Assembly (NCBI GenBank): GCA_964655905.1
Contig: CAZZPB010000021.1
Coordinates: 1 to 26,668, forward strand
Source of the DNA: an uncultured Candidatus Peribacteria bacterium
GTDB taxonomy: Bacteria; Patescibacteriota; Gracilibacteria; UBA1369
Length of the DNA stretch: 26,668 bases
Reading direction: 5' to 3'
Shown here in pieces: positions 15,453-24,206 of this stretch (the stretch's first letter is position 1; each line of letters opens with the position of its first letter). Made by a program: the position numbers and the translations under genes. The notes under the pieces were generated by a model. It was not told where the DNA came from. It was given only the letters and a program-made list of their open reading frames with translations, and did no database searches.

Positions 15453-16166
15453 TTACCTGCCGCGGGAAACGCCTGCAATAAGCCGCAAAATGTATAAAAA
15501 GAGATTAAAAATATCCAGGTAGAGGCGCAAAGCGGCGTCTATGTAACGATCCGGAGGGAAGCTTTTTAACTGCTGGATGTCGAACATTGTGTAGGCGGTA
15601 AAAACAATCACGCCAAAACCGGAAAAAATCATCTCAAAAGTATTGCTCCAGGGAATAAAAATACCAATTAAAGAAACCACAATCATGCCGATGATCGCCA
15701 TCCATAAAAATCCTGCCAAACCGCTCAGACTGCGGTTTGTGGTCCATCCAAAAACGGCGCTGGCGCTAAAGGTCAACGTGGTTGCCAAAAATGCCTTTAT
15801 AATAAGGTCCGGTCCGCCAAATTCAAGAATAAGACTGGCCAGTAACGGCACAATCATCATGCCCGTGGTGAAAGCAAAAAGTCCAAATAAAAAATAATTC
15901 AGCGGCCTTATCGCGCTCCATGCCCTGGAAGAAAGCACCAAAATAAGCTCAACCGCAAAGAAAATCCACATGACCGCGGGATACCGCAGAAAAATCTCGC
16001 CAAAATATTGGAAACCGGTATACGTCCCAGCCGCAGAAACGAGGATCGCCAAGCCAAAAAATAAAATCACTTTTGCCATAAAACTGTTGGCCGCGCGTGC
16101 CGAAGCAAAAAAATTCTGGTCCTCCATTGTCGCGTCCTGGGCATAAGGCTGATTGGTGTTTTGCAT
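15453..16166 (-). CDS. Bax inhibitor-1/YccA family membrane protein
   Basis: About 7 TM helices, YTMFDIQQL…AALRLYLDIFNLFLYILRL. Confidence 0.92.
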   Translation of the reverse strand: MQNTNQPYAQDATMEDQNFFASARAANSFMAKVILFFGLAILVSAAGTYTGFQYFGEIFLRYPAVMWIFFAVELILVLSSRAWSAIRPLNYFLFGLFAFTTGMMIVPLLASLILEFGGPDLIIKAFLATTLTFSASAVFGWTTNRSLSGLAGFLWMAIIGMIVVSLIGIFIPWSNTFEMIFSGFGVIVFTAYTMFDIQQLKSFPPDRYIDAALRLYLDIFNLFLYILRLIAGVSRGR

Positions 16167-16219
16167 AAACGTTTAAATAATATGGAATAGCGGCTTTATG
16201 GTATGGTAAAAATGTAATT

Positions 16220-16248
16220 TTTACAAGCGTGGATTTTGATTGTAACAT
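16220..16248 (+). promoter_or_regulatory. Probable alr promoter
   Basis: TTTACA-N17-TAACAT. Confidence 0.5.
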
Positions 16249-16264
16249 AGGGAACGGTTCCCTA
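16248..16264. repeat. Collapsed GTAG-type palindrome in the alr leader
   Basis: tagggaac-g-gttcccta (same core as 10231-10257), flanked by attgtaa direct repeats at 16239 and 16268. Confidence 0.6.
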
Positions 16265-16275
16265 CCAATTGTAAT

Positions 16276-17418
16276 ATGCATCCCACCCTCACCTGGATTG
16301 AGATTTCAAAAAAAAATCTCACACACAATATTAAAACGTTAAAAAAAATGTCAGGGGCGAAAACGGTTTTTTGCGCTGCGGTAAAAGCAAACGCCTATGG
16401 CCATGGTTTGCTGGAATGTGCTCCGATTATGGTGAAGGCCGGCGCGGATTGGCTTGGTGTGAATGCGCTTTTTGAGGCCATGGAATTGAAACAAATTGGC
16501 ATAAAAGCGCCGATTTATATTATGGGATACGTGCCCGAAAATGAACTTTCCGTAGTTGTGCAAGAAGGTTTTCATATTGTCGTGTACAACGAGGAAATTC
16601 TTAAAAAACTGGGAGAAATCTGCAAGCAATCAAACCGCTCCGTTTTTACGCATTTAAAGCTGGAAACAGGAACCCACCGCCAGGGAATTTTGGATCATCA
16701 ATTAAATAAATTTCTGGAATTTTACAGGAAAAATCCACAGGTGCGATTGGAGGGTGTGTCCATGCATTTTGCGAACATTGAAGACACGACGGATCACTCG
16801 TACGCGTTATTTCAACTTCAAAATTTTAATGCAATGTTAAATAAAATTCATGCGGCGGGATTCCATCCGCCCTATGTACACACGGCAAATACGGCGGCAA
16901 CAATGCTTTTTCCAAAAACACACTTCACAATGGTGCGTGTTGGAATCGGTAATTATGGCTTGTGGCCATCAAATGAAACATATCTTTCAGCTATTCAGGC
17001 AAAGAAAAAAATAGACCTGAAACCAGTCATGACCTGGAAAACAAAAATCGCTCAAATCAAAAACGTTGCCGCAGGCTCATACGTCGGCTACGGCTGCACA
17101 TATAAAACAACTCATCGAACCCGTCTTGCCATTTTACCGGTTGGTTATTATGACGGTTATGACAGGGGTCTTTCCAATCTTGGTTATGTTTTAATTCATG
17201 GTAAGCGCGCCCAGATTCGCGGAAGAATATTCATGAACATGACCGTTGTTGATGTTTCCGATATTCCAGAGGCGCGCGTGGAAGATGAAGTCGTGTTGCT
17301 CGGACAGCAGGGCTCCGATGCCGTTACCGCGGATCAAATGGCAAATTGGCTTGGAACAATTAATTACGAAGTTGTGACAAGGATAAATGAGAAAATTGAG
17401 AGAAAAGTTGTGGAATGA
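16276..17418 (+). CDS. alr: Alanine racemase
   Basis: AAVKANAYGHG (PLP lysine), HLKLETG, VGYGCTY, VGYYDGY, INYEVVT. Confidence 0.97.
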   Translation: MHPTLTWIEISKKNLTHNIKTLKKMSGAKTVFCAAVKANAYGHGLLECAPIMVKAGADWLGVNALFEAMELKQIGIKAPIYIMGYVPENELSVVVQEGFHIVVYNEEILKKLGEICKQSNRSVFTHLKLETGTHRQGILDHQLNKFLEFYRKNPQVRLEGVSMHFANIEDTTDHSYALFQLQNFNAMLNKIHAAGFHPPYVHTANTAATMLFPKTHFTMVRVGIGNYGLWPSNETYLSAIQAKKKIDLKPVMTWKTKIAQIKNVAAGSYVGYGCTYKTTHRTRLAILPVGYYDGYDRGLSNLGYVLIHGKRAQIRGRIFMNMTVVDVSDIPEARVEDEVVLLGQQGSDAVTADQMANWLGTINYEVVTRINEKIERKVVE

Positions 17419-17467
17419 TATCAATTATGATACGATTAGGACATCAAAATGATATGATTTTTAATAC

Positions 17468-18526
17468 ATGATAAACGATACTTATACACTGAACAAACGG
17501 CAGGATCACATATTGGATTTTATAGATAAAAAAGGAGACGCATCTATTTCTGAAATTTTCGCGGCTATATTCAAAAAAACCCGCGCTGTCGCTGAAATCA
17601 CTGTAAAAAGAGATCTCAAAAAATTGGTTGATTTGAATTTAATTGTTGCAAAAGGCGCCGGCAGAGCCGTGAAATATGAATTATCCCCGGCATATTCGGT
17701 TATAAGACCTGTTGATGTGGATAAATATTTTGAAAAGGAAATTGACGAACGGATGATACGGGAACGTTTCAATTTTCATGTGTTTTCACACCTCAAGTCC
17801 ATATTTTCGCGTGATGAAAAAATATTTTTACAAAAATTGAATAATAGTTATTTGAAAAAAGTGGGGCATCTGCCAAAAGATGTGTTAAAAAAAGAATTTG
17901 AAAGATTGACCATAGAGCTAAGCTGGAAATCGTCCAGAATTGAGGGTAACACCTATTCTTTGCTTGAAACAGAGCAGCTTTTAAAAGAAAACAGAGAAGC
18001 AGGGGGACATACCAAAGAGGAGGCTATCATGATTCTTAATCATAAAAAAACCCTGGATTATATACGCAATAATGTTCGGGGATTCAAATCTTTATCCTTA
18101 AAAAAGCTCGAAGAAATTCATTCTTTATTAATTGAAGGACTTGGCGTTTCAAAAAATGTCAGAAAGACAATGGTTAGAATTACCGGCACAAGATTTAAAC
18201 CTCTTGATAATCAATTTCAGATAACTGAATCGCTCAAAAAAGCATGCTCCCTTGTTAATCAGCGAAAAAATCCCTTTGAAAAAGCATTGATTATGATGCT
18301 TCTAATTGCGTACATTCAACCTTTCGTTGATGGAAATAAGCGGACAAGCCGCTTGGCTGGCAATGCTGTTCTTTTGGCAAATGGTTGCTGCCCTCTGTCA
18401 TACAGAAGCATCAACGAAATCGAATACAAGAAAGCAGTTTTAATTTTTTATGAACAAAATAATATTTCCTATTTTAAAAAACTCTTCTTACAGCAGTTTG
18501 AATTCGTTGTGAAGAATTATTTTTAG
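17468..18526 (+). CDS. Fic-domain protein with an N-terminal DeoR-like wHTH
   Basis: ITVKRDLKKLV…GAGRAVKY, WKSSRIEGN, YIQPFVDGNKRTSR. Confidence 0.9.
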   Translation: MINDTYTLNKRQDHILDFIDKKGDASISEIFAAIFKKTRAVAEITVKRDLKKLVDLNLIVAKGAGRAVKYELSPAYSVIRPVDVDKYFEKEIDERMIRERFNFHVFSHLKSIFSRDEKIFLQKLNNSYLKKVGHLPKDVLKKEFERLTIELSWKSSRIEGNTYSLLETEQLLKENREAGGHTKEEAIMILNHKKTLDYIRNNVRGFKSLSLKKLEEIHSLLIEGLGVSKNVRKTMVRITGTRFKPLDNQFQITESLKKACSLVNQRKNPFEKALIMMLLIAYIQPFVDGNKRTSRLAGNAVLLANGCCPLSYRSINEIEYKKAVLIFYEQNNISYFKKLFLQQFEFVVKNYF

Positions 18527-18543
18527 GGGATCTTGCGGTTTTC

Positions 18544-18572
18544 TTGACGCCCTGAGCTACATTCTATAGTAT
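18544..18572 (+). promoter_or_regulatory. Sigma70-type promoter of the FtsA-like operon
   Basis: TTGACG-N17-TAGTAT. Confidence 0.6.
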
Positions 18573-18595
18573 AAACTGGCTTTCTTACTCAATTT

Positions 18596-19846
18596 ATGGG
18601 CCTTTTCAGACGTTTGCCGCAGGTAAAAGGAAATCATTATTTAGCCCTGGATATTGGAACGGAAGTCGTGAAAGCGCTTGTGTGTTCGGCGGATGGAAAT
18701 AAAGGGAGGGTGGTTGGCGTGGGACGCAAAAAACAGCGCCTGGGTGAAATGCAGAGCGGCGCCGTTACAGACATTGCCGCCGTCATCAATAATTGCCAGC
18801 AGGCCATGTATGCCGCGGCAAAGATGGCTTCAGTTATGCCAACGCGCCTGATTATGGGCATAGCTGGGGAACTTGTAAAAGGAGCCACAACAACAATCAG
18901 TTATACACGTCGCGAACCTGATACAAAAATTGACCTGGCGGAACTCAAAAATATTGTGCATAAAGTCCAGTGGAAGGCATTTGACGAGGTGAGAAGCCAG
19001 CTTGCTTTTGAGACCGGTTACAGTGAAATTGACGTAAAACTCGTAAACGCGGCCATTACAGCCGTTCATATTGATGCCTATAAAGTGGCAAATCCCCTTG
19101 GTTTTCAGGGAAAAGAAGTGACAATTTCCATTTTTAACGCTTTCGCTCCCCTTGTGCATTATGGCGCGTTGCAAACAATCGCCGCCGAACTGGACAAAGA
19201 ATTAATGGCCATTACAGCCGAACCGTATGCTGTTTCGCGCTGTATTTCACATGAAGAGAGCGGCAATTTCAGCGCGATTTTTATTGATATCGGCGGCGGC
19301 ACAACCGATATCGCCGTGGTGAGAAATGGCTGCGTGGAGGGCACAAAAATGTTTACTTTGGGGGGACGCACGTTTACCAAGCGTCTTGCGCAATCTTTGA
19401 ATATTTCTTTTGAAGAAGCCGAAGAAATAAAATTGGCTTATTCCCAGGAACGTCTGGAAAAACAGTCATATCGTATTGTCCGCGAGGCCATGAAGAGTGA
19501 CTGCGAAGTTTGGCTTTCTGGAGTGGCTTTGACCCTGAGTGAATTTGAAAATGTGGACATTCTGCCATCAAAAATTTTGTTATGTGGAGGCGGTTCGCAT
19601 CTTCCGGAAATCAAGGAAGTCCTGGAAACGCGTGAATGGACTCAGCAGCTGCCTTTTCCAAAAAAACCGGCCGTTAATTTTATTCAGCCAAAAATGATCA
19701 CCAATATGAGTGATGAAACAAAACTTCTAAAAGACGCGCAGGATGTCACACCGCTGGCGCTTGCCAACATTGCCCTTGAATATTTGAGCGAAGAGCAGAT
19801 TCTGGCAAAATTACTAAAAAAAGTTGTAAGACTTATTCAAATATAA
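18596..19846 (+). CDS. FtsA/PilM-like actin-family ATPase
   Basis: LALDIGTEVVKA, FIDIGGGTTD, GGRTFT, LLCGGGS. Confidence 0.85.
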   Translation: MGLFRRLPQVKGNHYLALDIGTEVVKALVCSADGNKGRVVGVGRKKQRLGEMQSGAVTDIAAVINNCQQAMYAAAKMASVMPTRLIMGIAGELVKGATTTISYTRREPDTKIDLAELKNIVHKVQWKAFDEVRSQLAFETGYSEIDVKLVNAAITAVHIDAYKVANPLGFQGKEVTISIFNAFAPLVHYGALQTIAAELDKELMAITAEPYAVSRCISHEESGNFSAIFIDIGGGTTDIAVVRNGCVEGTKMFTLGGRTFTKRLAQSLNISFEEAEEIKLAYSQERLEKQSYRIVREAMKSDCEVWLSGVALTLSEFENVDILPSKILLCGGGSHLPEIKEVLETREWTQQLPFPKKPAVNFIQPKMITNMSDETKLLKDAQDVTPLALANIALEYLSEEQILAKLLKKVVRLIQI

Positions 19847-19854
19847 CTTATCAT

Positions 19855-21720
19855 ATGGCTTCAGATTCAAAAAAAGATAAAAACGGCGCAAAAAAAGTTG
19901 TCACAACAAAACGGATTGAAAAAACAGACGAATCTGAAAAAAAACCGGCTAAGCAGAACAAATTAAAAAAAGTTTTATATATTGAGATTGATGAGGAAGT
20001 TACAGCCATTTACGATCGTCTCAAACAGCTAAAAATAAAAAATATTTATCTGGTGGTGCCAAAACGCGCCATGCTTTTTCAAAGCATGGTCAATATAAAA
20101 ATTCTTAAACGCAAAGCTGAAGATCTTGAAAAAAATATTTACATCATTACGAATGATCCGAATGGCACACAGTTGGCCAGACAGATCGGTTTGACGGTAT
20201 ATGACAAATTGGAAGGGCATGAACATCCCAGCCTTGTCTCGGGAAAATTTCTTGAAGATCAGCTGAATATAAGCCCGCTAAAGGCAAGCGTCAATTCAAC
20301 GGAAAGTGAGACGCCTGTGCGTCAAACGGAAAAAAAACTTTCCATTTCAGAACTCATCCGCATAGGAAAAAAAGGGGGGCTTGGTTTTTTGACGAAAAAT
20401 TTTGCCGCAGGGAATAAAAATGCATATTCTGTAGAGCAAAAGGCGGCGGATAACAAAAAAATACAGGCGAAAAATAAACTTGTGCTGGAGGTTCCAAACA
20501 GGCAGGCTTTGATCGCGCTTGTGATTGTCAGTCTGATAATTTTATTGACAATCACTTATATTGCCCTTCCTGGAGCCACAATCAGGCTAACTCCAAAATC
20601 AAACGTTTTGCAGACATCGGCCAATGTTATTTTGGCCGATGCGGAAACAAATCGTGTTGAACTGGATACGCATCCGGCGCGTGAAATTGCAAGTTACGCC
20701 GTTGCTACTCTTATTAAACGGCCATTAACGTATCAGGCGACAGGAAAAAATTTTCAGGGAGAGAATGCCAAAGGGGTCATCACGATTATCAATACCAGCA
20801 ACCAGGATTGGGCATTATTGACAAAAACCCGCTTTCAGACGGCAAATAGTCTTGTTTTTCGCAGTCAAAGTTTCGTCACCGTTCCGGCGCAAAAAGACAA
20901 TAAACCAGGCTCTTTTGATATTCCCGTGGTTGCCGACGAAAAAGACGCTCTAGGCCAAGTAATTGGCGATCGCGGCAATATCGGTCCGACAAAAATTTTT
21001 CTTCCCGGTCTTTCATCGGAAAATCAAAAAAGGCTTTACGCTGAGAGCAAAAGCAATATGACGGGCGGCAAGACAATTGTGACAAAATTCATCACAAAAG
21101 AAGATCTGGAAGCATCACAAAAAAAACTTGCAGATGATTTGCGCAACTCGGCGCAGGCAGAATTGCAGGCTGTTGTTTCAAAAAAAAATGAAACTCAAAA
21201 AACAAATTTAGCTTTATTGGTTGGAAGCAATGCTATTGCCACAGCTGACACGGCTATCACGGTTCCACCAAATCTGGAGGGACAAAAACTGGACTCTTTT
21301 GATATTGAAGGTGAAATGATTGCGACTGGCACGGCTTACAATCGCGATGAATTTATGAATATTTTAAAAACAGAATTAAAACTCAAAAAAAATCCGGAAA
21401 AAACCCTGGTCTATATTGATGAAAGTTCTCTTGTATATCGCATTTTTGAGACGGATCCAAAAACAAAAAAAATAAAATTAACCGCGACCATAAAAGGTAT
21501 TGAAGAATTTGAAGTCAATCCGGAAAAAGAGAACGGCGAGCGCCTGGTGAAAAAAATCAAGGAGCACGTGCTTGGCAAGGACATTCGTGAAACGCGCAGC
21601 TACATTCAAAATCTTCCCGAGATCAACAAAGTCGTTATTGACACGTGGCCTGCCTGGGCGCCGACAATGCCAAACGTGCCGGACAATATCAAAGTGGAGA
21701 TTGTTAGGGGACAAAATTAG
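19855..21720 (+). CDS. Single-pass membrane protein with a baseplate-J-like extracytoplasmic region
   Basis: Cytoplasmic N-domain (LYIEIDEEVTAIYDRL), TM near residue 220, QATGK…AKGVITIIN…TRFQT…DIPVVA…G..GNIGP pattern. Confidence 0.65.
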   Translation: MASDSKKDKNGAKKVVTTKRIEKTDESEKKPAKQNKLKKVLYIEIDEEVTAIYDRLKQLKIKNIYLVVPKRAMLFQSMVNIKILKRKAEDLEKNIYIITNDPNGTQLARQIGLTVYDKLEGHEHPSLVSGKFLEDQLNISPLKASVNSTESETPVRQTEKKLSISELIRIGKKGGLGFLTKNFAAGNKNAYSVEQKAADNKKIQAKNKLVLEVPNRQALIALVIVSLIILLTITYIALPGATIRLTPKSNVLQTSANVILADAETNRVELDTHPAREIASYAVATLIKRPLTYQATGKNFQGENAKGVITIINTSNQDWALLTKTRFQTANSLVFRSQSFVTVPAQKDNKPGSFDIPVVADEKDALGQVIGDRGNIGPTKIFLPGLSSENQKRLYAESKSNMTGGKTIVTKFITKEDLEASQKKLADDLRNSAQAELQAVVSKKNETQKTNLALLVGSNAIATADTAITVPPNLEGQKLDSFDIEGEMIATGTAYNRDEFMNILKTELKLKKNPEKTLVYIDESSLVYRIFETDPKTKKIKLTATIKGIEEFEVNPEKENGERLVKKIKEHVLGKDIRETRSYIQNLPEINKVVIDTWPAWAPTMPNVPDNIKVEIVRGQN

Positions 21721-21748
21721 AATTTGCAAGGTAAATCTGTTTTCAAAT

Positions 21749-21792
21749 GGGTCTCGTCCCGCCCCGCTTAGCGGGGTGATAGGTTGCCCCCA
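21749..21792. repeat. Internally deleted derivative of the E1/E2 family (E3)
   Basis: gggtctcgt + ccccgc-tta-gcgggg + taggttgccccca. The last 13 nt are identical to 173-185, and the module order matches E1. Confidence 0.6.
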
Positions 21793-21802
21793 AATCAAAG
21801 CC

Positions 21803-21831
21803 TTGACATAATATTGTTTTTGGTGTACAAA
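21803..21831 (+). promoter_or_regulatory. Probable promoter of the PKD gene
   Basis: TTGACA-N17-TACAAA. Confidence 0.5.
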
Positions 21832-21860
21832 TACATCCTTGGTGTTTTAAGGATATATTT

Positions 21861-22961
21861 ATGTATTTTAAGCCAAAAATCGGGTTTGTGGTCTTAACAG
21901 GTATGCTCATATTACTGAGCGCGCCAGCAAATGCCAGCGCTGCGCAAGTAGGGACAGGTCGCAACCTGTCCCTACTTGCGCCCACGAATTTCACGCCAAA
22001 AACTTATATATCGCCGAAATATAACGCTTTTGACCATGATTATTATCGTGCGCCAAAATTAGCTGAAGGGGTTGATACGCCGCCCCAGGCTGATTTTTAC
22101 ATTTTCACCAACCAGGCAGGCTTTCAAAATTCCGCTACTGGAACAATTGAAACTGTCTTTACCTTCGATGCCAGCGCTTCAACAGACGCCGAAACGCCTG
22201 CTAGTATGCTAGAAGTTCGCTGGTATTTCGAAAACAGCGCTGCTCCGGATACTTATTTTTCAAGGGCAAAATCCACCCGCCATACCTTCAAAAAAGCAGG
22301 AACATATAACGTAAAACTTGAGGTATTGGATAAGGGCGGCAATATCGCTCAAATAAGTAAAAAAATTATAGTGGTCGAAAATACTTCTCCAATCCCTTTT
22401 TTTAAGGTTGAACCTGTGACCGGCACTGAAAATACTGTTTTTCATTTCGATACTTCCTTATCAAGAGACGATCAATATTTGGCTTCTCATCTGGAATACC
22501 GTTTTGACTGGGATAGCGATGGCAAATGGGACACCGCGTTTCAGAAAAAAACCCACTGGTATCATCGCTTTAACGCAACAGGCAATTATACAGTTACAAT
22601 GGAAGTAAAAGATCCGGACAATCAAAAAGCAGCGCTTAAAAAAGATATTGTTGTTGGCGCAAATACTCCTCCTGTTGCCAGTTTTTCTGTACGCGCACTG
22701 CGTTCATTGGACAAAAAAAATAACAACATTGATTATGAATTTGACGCAGCAGCAAGCTTCGACAGGGAAACGCCTCAAAAAGAATTATTTTATCGTTGGG
22801 ATTTTCATTATAATGGCCCGAATGACATTATTTATGACACAGCGTGGAGCCATTCTCCAAAATCTTTCGCCCGTTTCGAAAAATCTGAAAAATCCGTGGT
22901 AAAGTTGGAGGTTATGGATGCGGATGGAGATATCTCAAGCGCTATATATCGGATCGAGTAA
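21861..22961 (+). CDS. Secreted protein with three PKD domains
   Basis: Signal peptide, then three units of F-x-FDAS-x-S-x-D…(Y)RW(D/Y)…G-x-Y-x-V-x-(L/M)EV-x-D. Confidence 0.88.
   Translation: MYFKPKIGFVVLTGMLILLSAPANASAAQVGTGRNLSLLAPTNFTPKTYISPKYNAFDHDYYRAPKLAEGVDTPPQADFYIFTNQAGFQNSATGTIETVFTFDASASTDAETPASMLEVRWYFENSAAPDTYFSRAKSTRHTFKKAGTYNVKLEVLDKGGNIAQISKKIIVVENTSPIPFFKVEPVTGTENTVFHFDTSLSRDDQYLASHLEYRFDWDSDGKWDTAFQKKTHWYHRFNATGNYTVTMEVKDPDNQKAALKKDIVVGANTPPVASFSVRALRSLDKKNNNIDYEFDAAASFDRETPQKELFYRWDFHYNGPNDIIYDTAWSHSPKSFARFEKSEKSVVKLEVMDADGDISSAIYRIE
21942..21981. repeat. GTAG-type palindrome inside the PKD gene
   Basis: gcgcaagtagggacaggt-cgca-acctgtccctacttgcgc (18-bp arms). Confidence 0.85.
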
Positions 22962-22972
22962 TTTTTAATTAG

Positions 22973-23172
22973 AAAAACGCGCAGCCCAAACCTTAGGCCT
23001 ATATATGGTTTTTGCCTTCTATAAGCCATTTGTTCTTCAATCCCTTTCCGTCTTCACCTTTTACATATCATTAGAAGACAACCTTAGAATCTCAAACCTA
23101 CTACCAAGCCTTTTAATCGTACGACCAATTACGTATTATCACGTTTTTATGAAATCCATCTAAATTATTTCT
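22973..23172 (-). ncRNA. Candidate structured RNA, copy 2 (RNA ~23128 to 22973, promoter-like region 23135-23164)
   Basis: Homologous to 5507-5724, with pairing-preserving substitutions and a shorter variable loop. Confidence 0.6.
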
Positions 23173-23249
23173 TAAAAATTGTGTATATCGCAGCCGGAAT
23201 TTGTGGTACAATTACGAGAGCGGTAAAAAAATTTAATAAAATCAAACTT

Positions 23250-24206
23250 ATGCAAAATACTTTTAAGACAAATGTGGCTCCAATTATCTCTTCTTTGCTG
23301 GCTCTTGCCATACTTGCCCTGCCGGCGTTCGCGGCCACAGGACCGGGCGCTACGCCGCCCAGCGGCAATGTTGGAGCAAATTTTAATAGTATTTATGCTG
23401 AGAACTCAGACGGTAAGACCGGTGTCACTGGTGTGAGTACTGGCGGCGTGAGTGATGGTGACGGCGTTAGGGGCATTGGAGGTGGTGATGGTATTGTGGA
23501 TGGTGCCGGAGGCATTGGCGGAAATTTTACCGGTAAACGTTTCGGCGTTCGGTCACGAGTAAATAGCTCTACTGTTGGAGTAGCCGCCGGACATTTTGAA
23601 AATGTTGCCAGTGGCTATATAGTTGACGTTGGATTAGCTGATCTTGCCCTACAGTCACAGGGGCCAGTTACAGTTAAAGGGAAACTTACAACTGAAGGTG
23701 ATTCTTCTTTTCTTGGATATTTAAGTGCACAGAGTAAATCTGGAACCCTCCCCGCCGGCTATTTTAAAAGCAACACTGGTCTTGTTGAGAATGAAGTAAA
23801 TCTTGCAGGCTCTAGTAATGCTATTTTAACCAAAGGAGATATTACTGTAAGTTCTGGAGATATTAATGTATCGTCTGGAAAAATAACTGTTGGTTCTGTA
23901 GCAAGCATTTCGAGTACTGGCCATATCAAAGCAGCAGGTGGCGTCGGACGATTTTATACAGCTGTAGGCTCTTCTATCCTTGTCAGTGCTGGCCAGTATG
24001 TGTTTATAACTTCTAAATGTGATGACTTAACGAAGCATAGAAGAATAAGTTGTGGTTTTACTACATCAGCTTCAAATGTAGTCCAAGCTGACATGTCGGA
24101 CTCAAGTTATGCAAACCAGTGCGATTTCTATGTAAAAAATCTTAATACTGGTATATCAGATGCCAGTGTTACTGGTGTAGCTACATGTTTTGACCCCAAT
24201 GGTTAA
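23250..24206 (+). CDS. Secreted Gly/Ser/Val-rich beta-repeat protein with a 4-Cys C-terminal domain
   Basis: Signal peptide ending …LALPAFA, GVxG repeats, TxxGDIxV repeats, ends TCFDPNG*. Start reassigned to MQNT. Confidence 0.8.
   Translation: MQNTFKTNVAPIISSLLALAILALPAFAATGPGATPPSGNVGANFNSIYAENSDGKTGVTGVSTGGVSDGDGVRGIGGGDGIVDGAGGIGGNFTGKRFGVRSRVNSSTVGVAAGHFENVASGYIVDVGLADLALQSQGPVTVKGKLTTEGDSSFLGYLSAQSKSGTLPAGYFKSNTGLVENEVNLAGSSNAILTKGDITVSSGDINVSSGKITVGSVASISSTGHIKAAGGVGRFYTAVGSSILVSAGQYVFITSKCDDLTKHRRISCGFTTSASNVVQADMSDSSYANQCDFYVKNLNTGISDASVTGVATCFDPNG

Noticed and set aside
17416-17418. UGA recoded as Gly (code 25, as in Gracilibacteria)
   Set aside because: TGA ends full-length Alr and the SufB tail, and no conserved gene here is interrupted by an in-frame TGA.
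19855-21720. Prophage or contractile injection system
   Set aside because: No sheath, tube, spike, terminase, capsid or integrase genes in the window.
21744-21795. caaat 5-bp target duplication around E3
   Set aside because: Too short and AT-rich to distinguish from chance.
23250-24206. Diversity-generating retroelement target
   Set aside because: No reverse transcriptase and no TR/VR pair differing at adenines is visible in the window.
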